A DNA stretch of 64,000 nucleotides, taken from NCBI GenBank assembly GCA_965213625.1, contig CBDBZU010000004.1:1760001-1824000 (forward strand). Direction: 5' to 3'. This DNA is from a bacterium (GTDB lineage Bacteria; UBA8248). The notes below the pieces were generated by a model. The model saw nothing but the letters and a program-made list of their open reading frames with translations. It was not told the origin of the DNA and did no database searches. Shown piece after piece: positions 50,095-60,189 of this stretch. The first letter of the stretch is position 1; each line of letters opens with the position of its first letter. Position numbers and translations under genes: made by a program.

Positions 50095-51105
50095 ATGAGA
50101 AAGTGGTTTATGTTTCTGAGCCTGATCCTCGCCCTGAGCCTCGTGCCGGTCGGCTTCCAGGCGACTGACGCCGAGGCGGCCAAGTTCCGCATCGGCATGC
50201 ACCGCCAGACGTTCGGCTCCTTCACGGCGGTCGCCATGGGGATGGGCTATTTCGATGAGGAATTCGGAAAAGGCAATTGGGACGTGAAAGTATTCGCGCA
50301 GGGCAAGCTCGTCATCGAGGCGTTGCTCTCGCGCAGTCTCGATGTGGGCCACGGCGCCACGCGGCCCTACGTGGACGGGGTGGCGAAAAAGGCGGGCCTG
50401 GTGATGGTTTCCGCCAGTTCCTCATGGTGTAAATCCATCTCGATCTGGGTGCCGCCCGATTCTCCGGTCAAGACGGTGGCCGATCTCAAGGGCAAGACCA
50501 TCGCCGAGAAAAAGGGCACGTCCACCCACTTCGTGCTGGACAACGGCATCCTGCCTGCGTTCGGGATGAAGCCGAAAGACATCAAGATCATGAACACCAC
50601 CACGGCGGAGCGGCTCTCCGCCTTCCGGGCAAAGGTGGTTTCCGCAATGGTCATCGGCGCGCCCACCTCGTTCCGTCTCGCGGACAAGAAATGGGGCCGT
50701 CCCATCGTGGATTACTGCAAGTACGACAATCCGCCGGCGATGATCTTCATCGAACTCGCGAACCCCAGAACGCTCAAGAGCAACCCCGGGGGCGTGGTGA
50801 AGTACCTGCGCGCTTATCTCAAGTCCGCGAACCTCTGGAAGAAAGACCCCGACAAGTTCGCCAAGGTCTATCACAAGTGGCTGACAGCGAAGGGCCGCAA
50901 GGTGGATTACTCTATCGCCAGGCGCTCCATCAACGTGGTGCGGCCGCTGTACAAGATCACGCCGCGCATCATCAACGCGCTCAACGCGACGGCCAAGGTG
51001 CAGAAGGGTCGTGGCAAGATTCGGCGCCTGCCCGATTTCGCAGGGGGTGAGGGCATCGAGAGAGGTCCGCTCACCAAGGCGCTGGCCAGCATGAAGATGA
51101 ACTAA
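50095..51105 (+). CDS. SsuA/TauA/NMT1-like ABC substrate-binding protein (orphan)
   Basis: Signal peptide; DLKGKTIA..KGTSTH; RBS GAGGAG before ATG 50095. Confidence 0.8.
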   Translation: MRKWFMFLSLILALSLVPVGFQATDAEAAKFRIGMHRQTFGSFTAVAMGMGYFDEEFGKGNWDVKVFAQGKLVIEALLSRSLDVGHGATRPYVDGVAKKAGLVMVSASSSWCKSISIWVPPDSPVKTVADLKGKTIAEKKGTSTHFVLDNGILPAFGMKPKDIKIMNTTTAERLSAFRAKVVSAMVIGAPTSFRLADKKWGRPIVDYCKYDNPPAMIFIELANPRTLKSNPGGVVKYLRAYLKSANLWKKDPDKFAKVYHKWLTAKGRKVDYSIARRSINVVRPLYKITPRIINALNATAKVQKGRGKIRRLPDFAGGEGIERGPLTKALASMKMN

Positions 51106-51199
51106 GTTTTTCGATTTGTTTCCCGGGCTGCGGGGGCGTTTTCGGAGGCCTCCGCAGCCCTTGTCGTATCTGATGCAGGATTCGGTGGACTTGTGACGC

Positions 51200-52285
51200 A
51201 TGGCTGAACTGAAAATCACCGGCGTTGAGGCGAAATCGCTCAAGGTGCCCCTGGCCCGCGCGATAGGCAGCGCCAACAGCACGAAGTCGGAACTCGATTA
51301 CCTGGTGGTCTTTCTCCACACCGAAAACGGCCCGACGGGCTGCGGCTTCGTGATGGGCCTGGGCGGTGAGACCTCGACGACTCTCGTTCCCTACATCGAA
51401 AAAGAACTGGCTCCGCTGGCGGTGGGGCAGGACGCCCTTGCGCCCGAAGCGCTCTGGGCGCGCCTTTGGGGGCCGAACAAGCCGAGGATGCGCGGCGGGC
51501 TGGGCGTACAGGCGCTCTCCGCGGTGGATACCGCCTGCTGGGACGCGCTCGCCAAGGCGGCGGGGTTGCCGCTTTGCCGAATCCTTGGCGGCTTCCGGAG
51601 TAAGATGCCCGTCTACGGCAGCGGGGGCTGGCTCACGTTCACCGACGCCGAGATGGTGGATGAGTGCATGGGCTTCATGGAGCAGGGCATCGGCGCGTAC
51701 AAGCTCAAGCTGGGGACCAGCCGGGATGAAGAGCGAATCCGTCTCTTGCGAGATGAGGTGGGCGAGTCGGTCGTCTTGTTCACGGACGCCAACCAGAAGT
51801 ATAACCCGCGCGAGGCATTGGAGGTGGTCGCGATGCTCGCCGAATATGACGTGCGCTGGTTCGAGGAGCCCGTACTCGCCGATTCGGTGGACGATCTGGC
51901 GGATGTGGCCGAAAGGAGTCCCGTGCCCATCGCCGCGGGAGAAAACGCCTACATGCGCTGGGGTTTCCGGGAAATATGTGAGAGGAGGGCGGCGGCGTAT
52001 CTGCAGCCCGACGTGGGCCGCTGCGGCGGCGTGACGGAGTTTCGTAAGGCCGCTCATCTGGCGGAAGCCTACAATCTATCGCTGTGCGCGCATCTCTTGC
52101 AGGAGGTGTCGATAAGCCTTCTCGCGGCGACGCCGAGCGGCTACATGGTCGAGTATGTGGAGATGCTGCCTCCCGATACCCTGACGCGGGAATTTCCCGT
52201 TGTGAGCGGTTGTATGGAGGTTCCGGACGTCCCCGGACACGGGGTGGAATTTTCTGAGGAGGCCATACGGCGATATAGCGCTTGA
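51200..52285 (+). CDS. Mandelate racemase/muconate lactonizing enzyme family protein
   Basis: KLK, DANQ, WFEEP, GEN and QPD motifs. Confidence 0.9.
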   Translation: MAELKITGVEAKSLKVPLARAIGSANSTKSELDYLVVFLHTENGPTGCGFVMGLGGETSTTLVPYIEKELAPLAVGQDALAPEALWARLWGPNKPRMRGGLGVQALSAVDTACWDALAKAAGLPLCRILGGFRSKMPVYGSGGWLTFTDAEMVDECMGFMEQGIGAYKLKLGTSRDEERIRLLRDEVGESVVLFTDANQKYNPREALEVVAMLAEYDVRWFEEPVLADSVDDLADVAERSPVPIAAGENAYMRWGFREICERRAAAYLQPDVGRCGGVTEFRKAAHLAEAYNLSLCAHLLQEVSISLLAATPSGYMVEYVEMLPPDTLTREFPVVSGCMEVPDVPGHGVEFSEEAIRRYSA

Positions 52286-52297
52286 GGAGGAGCGGGT

Positions 52298-53182
52298 TTG
52301 GCTAAAAAAATCGCATTCTTGGGGCTCGGCAACATGGGCGGAGCCGTCGCCGCCAATATGAAGAAGGCGGGCTACGAAGTCGTGGGCTACGACCCGAGCA
52401 TCGCTGCGCAGGAGGCGGCGAAAGAGGCCGGCATCCCCGTCTTCGATTCTCCCGCCGAGGCGGGCCGGGAAGCGGACTACGTGTGCAGTTCGGTCCCGAA
52501 AGGAGAGCACGTGCGCGACGCCTACCTGGGCGAGAAGGGCGCGCTGCTCACCGCGAAAGAAGGCGCGGTGTGTTTCGATTTCTCCACCATTCTGCCCGAG
52601 GAGAGCATCGCCGTCGCCGAAGAAGCCGCGAGCCGCGGCTTTCATTTTCTGGACGCCCCCATCAGCGGAAACGCCATCATTGCGCGCGACAAAAAAATAG
52701 GCTTCATGGTGGGGGGTGATAAGGAGATACTCGACGCGCACCGCGCGGTGCTGGACTGCGCGTGCGAGTTGCTCGATTATTTCGGCCCCAATGGCTCGGG
52801 CTTGCGGATGAAGCTCATCACGAACCACCTCGTCTCGGCCCAGCTATGTGCTCTGGCGGAAGGGTTCACCCTCGGCGTGAAATCGGGCCTGGACCCGGAC
52901 CAGATGATGGAATATCTCTATTCGAGCACGGTGTTTCGCGTGATGAACACGCGCGGCCGGGGGCTGAGGAACAAGGAATATGAACCCGTGAAGTTCGCGC
53001 TCGCCCTCATGCACAAGGACCTGGGGCTGATTCGCGAGTTCGCGCGTGAAAACGGCGCTTCCGCCCCGGTTATCGACGCGGTCGGGAAAGCATACCAGGG
53101 CGCGATGGATATGGGACTCGGGGCGATGGACCAGGGCGTCATACGCGAGTGGTTCGAGCGCGAGGCGGGTTTGAGCGATTAG
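52298..53182 (+). CDS. Beta-hydroxyacid (3-hydroxyisobutyrate-like) dehydrogenase
   Basis: GLGNMG, DAPISG, KL.TN and KDL motifs. Confidence 0.88.
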   Translation: MAKKIAFLGLGNMGGAVAANMKKAGYEVVGYDPSIAAQEAAKEAGIPVFDSPAEAGREADYVCSSVPKGEHVRDAYLGEKGALLTAKEGAVCFDFSTILPEESIAVAEEAASRGFHFLDAPISGNAIIARDKKIGFMVGGDKEILDAHRAVLDCACELLDYFGPNGSGLRMKLITNHLVSAQLCALAEGFTLGVKSGLDPDQMMEYLYSSTVFRVMNTRGRGLRNKEYEPVKFALALMHKDLGLIREFARENGASAPVIDAVGKAYQGAMDMGLGAMDQGVIREWFEREAGLSD

Positions 53183-53224
53183 GCGAGGTTATCTTTACCG
53201 GATGCCGTTCAGGAGGATGGACGA

Positions 53225-54100
53225 TTGGAACAGTTGACCGACAACGTATTTTTTTATGATTGCTATCCCACGATGGGCATGGTGGTGACGGATGACGGCG
53301 TCATCGCGATAGACGGCCCCATGCGTCCCTCGGAAGCCATCGCCTGGCGTGATTTTATCGCCGAGAAGGGCCCGCTCCGTTATCTCGTCAACACCGAGCA
53401 TCATCAAGATCACATCGCGGCGAACTGGTTCTTACAGCCTGAGCGGATCATTTCGAGCGAGATCACGTATGCGGATTTCTACACCTCCATCGCCACGCCG
53501 GAAGACGGCAAGGAGCGCATGTTAAAGTACGACCCCGAGAACGAGGCGCTGCTCGAGGGCTTCGAACTCAGGCCTCCCGACATCACCTACAAGGGACGGA
53601 TGACGATTCGCCTGGGCGGTAAGACGTTCATCCTCATCGAATCCCCCGGCCACACGCGCGGGCAGACGGTCGTCCACGCGGTGGAGGATCGCGTCGCCTT
53701 CACGGCGGACAACCTCACGCCCGCCTTCAACGTGGCGTGCCATTCCGCCGACGTGTGGGGCTGGTTCCAGTCGCTGGGCGTGCTCGAAGCCCTGGACGTG
53801 GACTGGTACGTGCCCGGACACGGGAGACCTTGTCAAAAAAGCGAGATACCCCGCCAGCGCGAGAAACTCCATGAGCTGATAGACAAAGTCAGGGTCTTGA
53901 AAAACGGTGGACTCAGCCGTGAGGAGGTGCAGGACAAGGTGTTCGAGGTGTATGAGACGGAACTCAACAGCATGGATCACCTGGGCGAGCGCCTCACCAT
54001 GCTGAGAAAGGGAGGACTCGGCAACATCTTTGATTATCTCGATGAACACCCCTCGGGTCCCTTGAACAACCGCACGGACCCGGTGTGGCCGCACATGTGA
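53225..54100 (+). CDS. MBL-fold metallohydrolase
   Basis: NTEHHQDH, PGHT and VPGHG motifs. Confidence 0.85.
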   Translation: MEQLTDNVFFYDCYPTMGMVVTDDGVIAIDGPMRPSEAIAWRDFIAEKGPLRYLVNTEHHQDHIAANWFLQPERIISSEITYADFYTSIATPEDGKERMLKYDPENEALLEGFELRPPDITYKGRMTIRLGGKTFILIESPGHTRGQTVVHAVEDRVAFTADNLTPAFNVACHSADVWGWFQSLGVLEALDVDWYVPGHGRPCQKSEIPRQREKLHELIDKVRVLKNGGLSREEVQDKVFEVYETELNSMDHLGERLTMLRKGGLGNIFDYLDEHPSGPLNNRTDPVWPHM

Positions 54101-54154
54101 GGCGAAGCGCCGTGCTTCCTTTCGTATTTTCCAGATATTGAGAGAGATTTTGCG

Positions 54155-55618
54155 ATGAAACCAATGAATTTGCTCGTCATCATGGCGGATGAGTTGAGTC
54201 TGAAAACGCTCGGCTGCTATGGACACCCGATGGTGAAAACACCGAACATTGATCGCCTGGCGGCCGCTGGCGCACGGTTTACGAGCGCCTACACGAATTC
54301 CCCGATCTGCACGGCCGCGCGGGCGAGCTTCGCCACGGGTCGCTACGTGCACGAAATCGGCTGTTGGGACAACGCGAGTCCCTATATGGGCGAGCCGACG
54401 GGCTGGGGGCATCGCCTGCAGGACGAGGGCCACCGCGTCACCTCCATCGGCAAGCTGCACTACAGAAACCCCGCTGACCCCACAGGTTTCGACGAGCAAA
54501 TCGTGCCCATGCATGCGCGCGACGGCGGGGTGGGCAGCGTGCTCGGCTCCATTCGCGATGAGCTGATCGTTCAGAAGGCGGACAAGCTCGCGCGCGAGAT
54601 AGGTCCGGGCGAGACGAGTTATTCGAACTACGACCTGGACATCACCGAGAAAGCCTGCGACTGGCTCGAAAACGATGCGGAAAAATATAGTGACAGCCTC
54701 AAACCCTGGATGACGTTCGTCTCCTTCGTCTCGCCCCATTTCCCCCTGATGGCGCCGAAGAAGTACTTTGATTTGTATCCGACAGACGCCGTGCCCATGC
54801 CCAAAACCCATGCGCTGGATGGCCGCCCCCGGCATCCGTGGATAGAGGCGTACCGGAAATACGTGCCCTCGGACAGCTTTTTCGACGATGAAAAAAGGCG
54901 CGTCGCCATCGCTTCATATTTCGGGCTTTGCACGTTTTTGGACGATCAGGTGGGCCTCGTGCTGGAAAGTCTCAAGCGCGCTGGTCTCGCGGATTCCACC
55001 CGCATCATCTTCGCGAGCGATCACGGCGAGAACCTGGGAGCGCGGGGAACCTGGGGCAAGGGCACGATGTACGAAGAATCGGCCGCCGTGCCGCTCATAA
55101 TGGCCGGGCCGGATATCGAGGCGGGCGCTGTGGTCGAGACGCCCGTATCGCTTCTTGATTTCTATCCCACCATCCTCGAATCCGTGGGCGTTTCGCCCGA
55201 TAAGGAAGACAAGACCCGCGCGGGCCGCTCGCTTTACGGAATTGCGGGCGCTCCTTTTGACGCGGAAAGAATCGTTTTTAGCGAATACCACGCCTCGGGC
55301 GCTGAGACGGCGGCCTACCTCATCCGGAAGGGCAAGAAGAAATACATTTACTACGTGGACTATCCGCCCGAGTTGTATGATCTGGAAACGGATCCCGAGG
55401 AGCAGGACGACCTCGCCGGAAAACCGGAGAGCAAACCGATCATCCATGAACTCGAAGGCGATTTGCGGGAAATTCTCGACCCTGTAGAGGTGGATGAGCG
55501 CGCCAAGCGAGATCAGGCTGCGCTCATCGAGCGGCTCGGGGGACGCGACCACGTCATCGAAACCGCAAAAATCGGCGCCACCCCCACGCCGGGCGATTAT
55601 GCGGATGATGGGTATTGA
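54155..55618 (+). CDS. Sulfatase (choline-sulfatase-like)
   Basis: TPNIDRLA, SPICTAARAS, GKLH and SDHGE motifs. Confidence 0.88.
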   Translation: MKPMNLLVIMADELSLKTLGCYGHPMVKTPNIDRLAAAGARFTSAYTNSPICTAARASFATGRYVHEIGCWDNASPYMGEPTGWGHRLQDEGHRVTSIGKLHYRNPADPTGFDEQIVPMHARDGGVGSVLGSIRDELIVQKADKLAREIGPGETSYSNYDLDITEKACDWLENDAEKYSDSLKPWMTFVSFVSPHFPLMAPKKYFDLYPTDAVPMPKTHALDGRPRHPWIEAYRKYVPSDSFFDDEKRRVAIASYFGLCTFLDDQVGLVLESLKRAGLADSTRIIFASDHGENLGARGTWGKGTMYEESAAVPLIMAGPDIEAGAVVETPVSLLDFYPTILESVGVSPDKEDKTRAGRSLYGIAGAPFDAERIVFSEYHASGAETAAYLIRKGKKKYIYYVDYPPELYDLETDPEEQDDLAGKPESKPIIHELEGDLREILDPVEVDERAKRDQAALIERLGGRDHVIETAKIGATPTPGDYADDGY

Positions 55619-55718
55619 GGTGGTGGGGTGGTAGGATGATAGAGTGATCATATTTTTTAGTTGACTCCAAGGCCGCCAAGTTGTAATGTATTTGACATCA
55701 CATTGAGGTGACAGCATT

Positions 55719-55940
55719 ATGACTCAAATTACCGCACGTTTGCCGAATGAGGTGGTCGATGCACTGGATGAGGCGGCGAACCGTCTTAAACGGAGTCGTG
55801 CAGAAATCATCCGCCAGGCGATCGAGCGTTATTTGGAAGAATTCGATGATCTTTCGGTAGCCGTGGATCGGCTGCGCGACCCGAACGATCCGGTGCTCGA
55901 CTGGGATCAGGTAAGGCGTGAATTTCTCGATACAGATTAA
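55719..55940 (+). CDS. Ribbon-helix-helix antitoxin
   Basis: ITARLP...LD..A..LKRSRAEIIRQAI; lies upstream of a RelE-like gene. Confidence 0.82.
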   Translation: MTQITARLPNEVVDALDEAANRLKRSRAEIIRQAIERYLEEFDDLSVAVDRLRDPNDPVLDWDQVRREFLDTD

Positions 55941-56202
55941 ACGAAGTGCGGCCAGGGAGTTGGAACGCCTCGATAAAGCGGATCGCACGCGAATTGCCGA
56001 GGCCATCGACCGGCTGGCTGAGCACCCCTTGCTGGGAAGTGCGCTCAAAGGGGAGGTGCGTGGGCTAAGGCGACTCATCATCGGTGATTTTCGCGTGATT
56101 TACGAGGTGCAGGACGAGGCACTCGTCGTTCTGGTCGTTCACATCAACCGCTGGCGCAGGGGCGATGGACAAAGACGCGGCGCGCGGAACAACGGGGGCT
56201 GA
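55918..56202 (+). CDS. RelE/ParE-family toxin (atypical C-terminus)
   Basis: SAARELERL, LKG, LRRL.IGDFRVIYEV. Confidence 0.8.
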   Translation: MNFSIQIKRSAARELERLDKADRTRIAEAIDRLAEHPLLGSALKGEVRGLRRLIIGDFRVIYEVQDEALVVLVVHINRWRRGDGQRRGARNNGG

Positions 56203-56648
56203 GCGTTGAATATTGAAGATAAAGGATTTCACGTCGGCTGATCTTGTAATCTCTCCAAAGAACTCATAGAAAAATTTTCCTGGAACTTCGGTAGCACTCG
56301 GAAACCTCTCACCGGTTTTGTGGGTGGGTCGGTTTCAAAGATTCACCGTTATTTCCTCTCCTTCACACCTCTTGTGTAGTGGCACTCCGAAACTGATTGT
56401 AGGTAGTGCGGTTCTGAGCAGCCGTAGCCGTGTATGGGAGTATTGTGCGTAAAGGCAGGAAGAGGAGGAGTGAAGCTCAAAGTTCTTGGGCTTGTTGATT
56501 TTATATGATGTGTTGTAATGTAATGTGAATTAAAATGATTTATATATGCCATGTGCGGGATTGGTCGGTGAAAACGTCAGTATTCACAGACAGAATTTCT
56601 AATATTGTATTGTACATTAGAGTTCATTCAGAGTGAGGCGTTATTTTC

Positions 56649-57162
56649 ATGGCAATAGTTCGTAAAAGTAATGTCACATTTGATTGGTGGGAAGATTTCC
56701 GGTCTGCGGTAAAAACAAATGATTGACTCGGGAGTTTACAAGTCATTGGCGGGCATTCATGTGTCGCGATGTATGGCCCAACCGGATATCGGCGCTTTTT
56801 CCCCTGGCATCGTGCTTACTTGCTCGCCATGGAGCGCGGTCTGGGAGAGATCGACAATACGCTCTCGCTTCCCTTCTGGGATTGGGATGATGACCAGGGG
56901 CGATATGGCAAATACACCGATCTCTCCCAATGATGTCGTATTCTGGATGTACCATGCGGCCGTCGATCGGGTTTGGGCGAAGTGGCAAACAAATAACCCG
57001 GGCGAGCATGCGTTTCTCTCCGGAGAGGATGCGAAACTTGGCCCTTGGGGCGATGAATTCACGGTCGGTAACATTAACGATATATCGAATTTAGATAATG
57101 ACAGCTACTTCTACGGGGATACGGATTGTCCGGTGTTACTGGTTTCGTCGCTCGTCGTATGA
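56649..57162 (+). pseudogene. Tyrosinase pseudogene
   Basis: FFPWHRAYL...LPFWDW in one frame and SPNDVVFWMYHAAVDRVWAKWQ in another; several frameshifts and an internal deletion. Confidence 0.8.
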
Positions 57163-57261
57163 GCCGATTTCTGACTTCGTCTCAAACATTGGCGGTATCA
57201 ACGTTCGGCCAACTCCCGTTTTTTTACGAGCGGGACATGAGCATCACAAAATGTATATTGC

Positions 57262-57353
57262 GTAGGGTCGGCCTCTGCGTCTGTCTCCCAACGTTCGACC
57301 TGTTCGCGGACCGCACCTTCGTGAGCAGGATGCACGCGGAGGTCCGTCCCTAC
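57262..57353. repeat. Degenerate REPIN-like pair
   Basis: GTAGGGTCGGCCTCTGCGT ... CACGCGGAGGTCCGTCCCTAC. Confidence 0.55.
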
Positions 57354-57425
57354 GCATCTCTTTCTATTTAGGTCGGGATTGACCCCGGATGTCTAAAATA
57401 CATTGGGGGAAATTCAATCTTCGGT

Positions 57426-58772
57426 TCAGTCTGCTCCCGCGATCCATCGCGCGGATTCGGCGAGTGCTTCCTTTGCTTTATTGATTTTGTCTGAATCCAC
57501 CAGCAGTTTTCCGTCCGCTTTCACTCTCTCTCCTGCGATGAATACGGTATCCACATTCGAGCGTTCCACGTAGAAGACGACGGCGCGGACGGCGTCGCCT
57601 GCGGGCGTCACGTTGATGTCGTCTTTTCGGATGAGGACGAGGTCGGCCTGCTTGCCGGGTGTGATGGATCCGATTCTATCTGCCATACCCATCGCGTGGG
57701 CGTTGTTGATGGTGCCCCAGGCGAGCGCGTCGCGCGCCGAGAAGGAAAGAGCGGGCGCGCGGTAGGTGCTCTCATCCAGGCGGCGGTTGTCGAATATCCG
57801 CTGGACCTGAAGAGCGTGGCGCATGGCGTGGAGCATGTTCCCGCTGACGTAGGTTTCCAGGTCCACGCCGAGTGACGGCCTGCCGCCCAGCGCGTTCACG
57901 CGCCCGCAGACGGCCTCGCCCCGGTTCGTCTGCATCTCGGCGGATGGCGTGGCCGTGATGGAAGCGCCCGAGTCGATGATCACCTGGAGCTCCTCATCGT
58001 CCACGTAGTTGCAGTGCACGAGGTTGTGGTCGGGACCGAGAACCCCTTCTTTGGCAAGTGTGTGGTAGCCGCCCTTCACCTTTCGGCTCGCGTCGCCCCA
58101 GATGTGCGCGCTCGACAACAGCCCGTATTCGCGCGCCAGGCGCATGTCGTGAAGCGCCACTTCCAGGGGAGAGTAATCGGCTCCCAGAATGGCCATCGCC
58201 AGGGTGATGAGGCCCTCGTCACTTGACAGGCGGCCCGTTCGCAGCCGCTTGATCTCGCTCTCTGGATGCGGGATTTGCGAATAGTGGGGCTCGCCCTCCC
58301 TGGGTTTCGGCTTGGGCGTTCCGTGCCCGAAAAGGGCGCGGATGCCGGATTCTTCCAAGGCGTCGATTCCTGCGTCGGTGTGCTCGGGGGTGGGGTTGTT
58401 GTGGCACCAGTCGAAAAGCGTCGTCGTCCCGGCGTCCATCTGCGCCCATGCGCCTACGAGGGTCGCGATGTAGACATCCTCGGGCCGGTAGCGCGGAGCC
58501 ATGGTTTCATGCGCAATCTCGAAATAGCTGCGTCCGCCCCAGTCTCCGCCCAGGCCGCGAAGCGCGGTCTGCCAAGTGTGCATGTGCGCGTTGATGAGGC
58601 CGGGTAGGAGGATCATGCCGCTCGCATCGATAGTGTCCGAATCGGCTACCGGGAGACTCTCGCCCACCGCGGAAATAAGCGCACCTTCGAATAAGACGTC
58701 GCCGCACTCGATTTCCCCCACCTCGGGGTCCATCGAGAGAATTACGGCGTTTCGGATGAGGGTTTTCGTCAT
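57426..58772 (-). CDS. Amidohydrolase (deaminase/SsnA-like)
   Basis: PGLINAHMH, LVHC, LGVD and GSITPGKQAD motifs. Confidence 0.9.
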   Translation of the reverse strand: MTKTLIRNAVILSMDPEVGEIECGDVLFEGALISAVGESLPVADSDTIDASGMILLPGLINAHMHTWQTALRGLGGDWGGRSYFEIAHETMAPRYRPEDVYIATLVGAWAQMDAGTTTLFDWCHNNPTPEHTDAGIDALEESGIRALFGHGTPKPKPREGEPHYSQIPHPESEIKRLRTGRLSSDEGLITLAMAILGADYSPLEVALHDMRLAREYGLLSSAHIWGDASRKVKGGYHTLAKEGVLGPDHNLVHCNYVDDEELQVIIDSGASITATPSAEMQTNRGEAVCGRVNALGGRPSLGVDLETYVSGNMLHAMRHALQVQRIFDNRRLDESTYRAPALSFSARDALAWGTINNAHAMGMADRIGSITPGKQADLVLIRKDDINVTPAGDAVRAVVFYVERSNVDTVFIAGERVKADGKLLVDSDKINKAKEALAESARWIAGAD

Positions 58773-58863
58773 GCGCCGCTTCCCGCCTCGGGGAATTCAT
58801 CCGGTCCGCAGGGCTTATTCATGGACGAGTATTTTCGAAGGTGCTCGGATTCCGCGCCATGTA

Positions 58864-59079
58864 TCAGACGGCTTTTATGGAGTGAAGGGGCAGCGCCTCC
58901 GTTTCCAGTGTGGATAGGTCGATCCGACGCGAGGCATGGTCGATGTCGAAGCCGACCACACCGCCATCGGCGGCGATATCTACATTGAGTCCGTCGGAAA
59001 CTTCGCGCGTCTCTGCGCCCGGTTCGGTTCTGAACTCGATATAAAGGCTATCGGTTTCGGGGTAATAATGAAGTTTCAT
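58864..59079 (-). CDS. DUF2283 antitoxin-like protein
   Basis: MKLHYYPETDSLYI...VVGFDIDHAS. Confidence 0.82.
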   Translation of the reverse strand: MKLHYYPETDSLYIEFRTEPGAETREVSDGLNVDIAADGGVVGFDIDHASRRIDLSTLETEALPLHSIKAV

Positions 59080-59326
59080 GGCGCATCCTTTCTGAATCCG
59101 CGATCGAAGAAGGCGTTGTGCACGGTTTCTCCGTCAGCAAGCGTAATCACGCGGAGGATTCGTGGAGCATCTTCGCCGGATTGCAGAATTTCTCCCCAGA
59201 ATCGGAACCGCCCATCCGATTGTACCTCACGACGAAGAGGTTCGCTGATGACCTCGGCGCACCATTCGCGCTCGATATATGGCCGTTTCCGCAATACTTG
59301 GTCTTCAAAGTACCGCGTCTTTTCAT
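59076..59326 (-). pseudogene. Toxin-like partner of DUF2283 with an apparent 1-nt deletion near codon 3
   Basis: ATG at 59326 is out of frame with TRYFEDQVLRKRPY...LRVITLADGETVHNAFFDR (span 251 nt). Confidence 0.6.
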
Positions 59327-59538
59327 ACGCCAGTGCCGGATATCACTTCCAATTTACTTTCTTTTCATTATATTTGCACGGGAATCCGGATGATGAGTGA
59401 GATTTTACGGCAGCACCCGAAAGTGTCCCGGGCCATAAGGCGTCTTGTAGCAGATAACGCCTCCGATCACCAGAAGCGACGTTTTCCGAAGTCCTTGTAT
59501 CCATCGGAGAATTGCAGCGTTTTGTATAAGAGTTTTCG

Positions 59539-60189
59539 TCATGCGCCGCTTCCCGCTTCGGGGAATTCATCCGGCCAGTCGGCGAGCAGGGCTTCGAGAT
59601 AGGCCTTCAAATCATCGGGGTTTTTGCGGCGGATCTTGTTCCTGTCGATCTCCTCTTGCACTTCGATGGGAATCGCCAAGGCATCGTTGAACTTGTTTCT
59701 CATGTTGAAATAGGTGATGACCATGGTGAGTTCCACGATTTCTGAGTCGCTGAAATACTTTTTGACTTCGGCAAATACGTCGTCCCGCTCCCTGGCCGTA
59801 TTGAGCGTGACGTGCTCCGCCCAGAGCAGGACGGCGCGCTCTTTCTCGGTGAAGGGGCTGTAGTCTCCCTCGTTGATGGCGGCTATATCTGCTTCCGAAA
59901 TTCCCACCGATTGACCAACCGGCGTGTTGTGCGCCAGTCAGTAGGCGCAGTTGTTGAGCCGGCTGGTGTTGATGATGGCGAGCTCCTTCGTCTTCGTGTC
60001 GAGGGCCGAGCCGAGGCCCTGGCGCAGGAGAGACGAGGTGAGCGGCAGCATGAACTTCGTGATGAACGGCTGGTTCGCCATCACCCGCCAGGCGTTGGGA
60101 ATGCGGTTCAGCAGAACACCCGCATGGTCGAAGAGGTGGTTCACGACGGGGTCGTCGGCGCCTGATTCAAGCATGGGTACGCGGGACAC
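59539..60189 (-). CDS. AhpD/CMD-family selenoprotein (UGA=Sec at 59938-59940)
   Basis: SRLNNCAY-U-LAH (CxxU) joins ORFs 59938..60189 and 59539..59907 in frame; SECIS-like hairpin downstream. Confidence 0.9.
59905..59924 (-). promoter_or_regulatory. Bacterial SECIS-like hairpin
   Basis: CGCCGGTT-GGTC-AATCGGTG: 8-bp stem (2 G-U pairs), G-initial loop 21 nt after UGA. Confidence 0.7.

Noticed and set aside
53522-55717. Long minus-strand ORFs (437 aa and 267 aa)
   Set aside because: Antisense shadows of the sulfatase and MBL genes
56349-56552. 67-aa His-rich minus-strand ORF as a tyrosinase caddie or peptide precursor
   Set aside because: No recognisable motif or clear RBS; probably a chance ORF in AT-rich DNA
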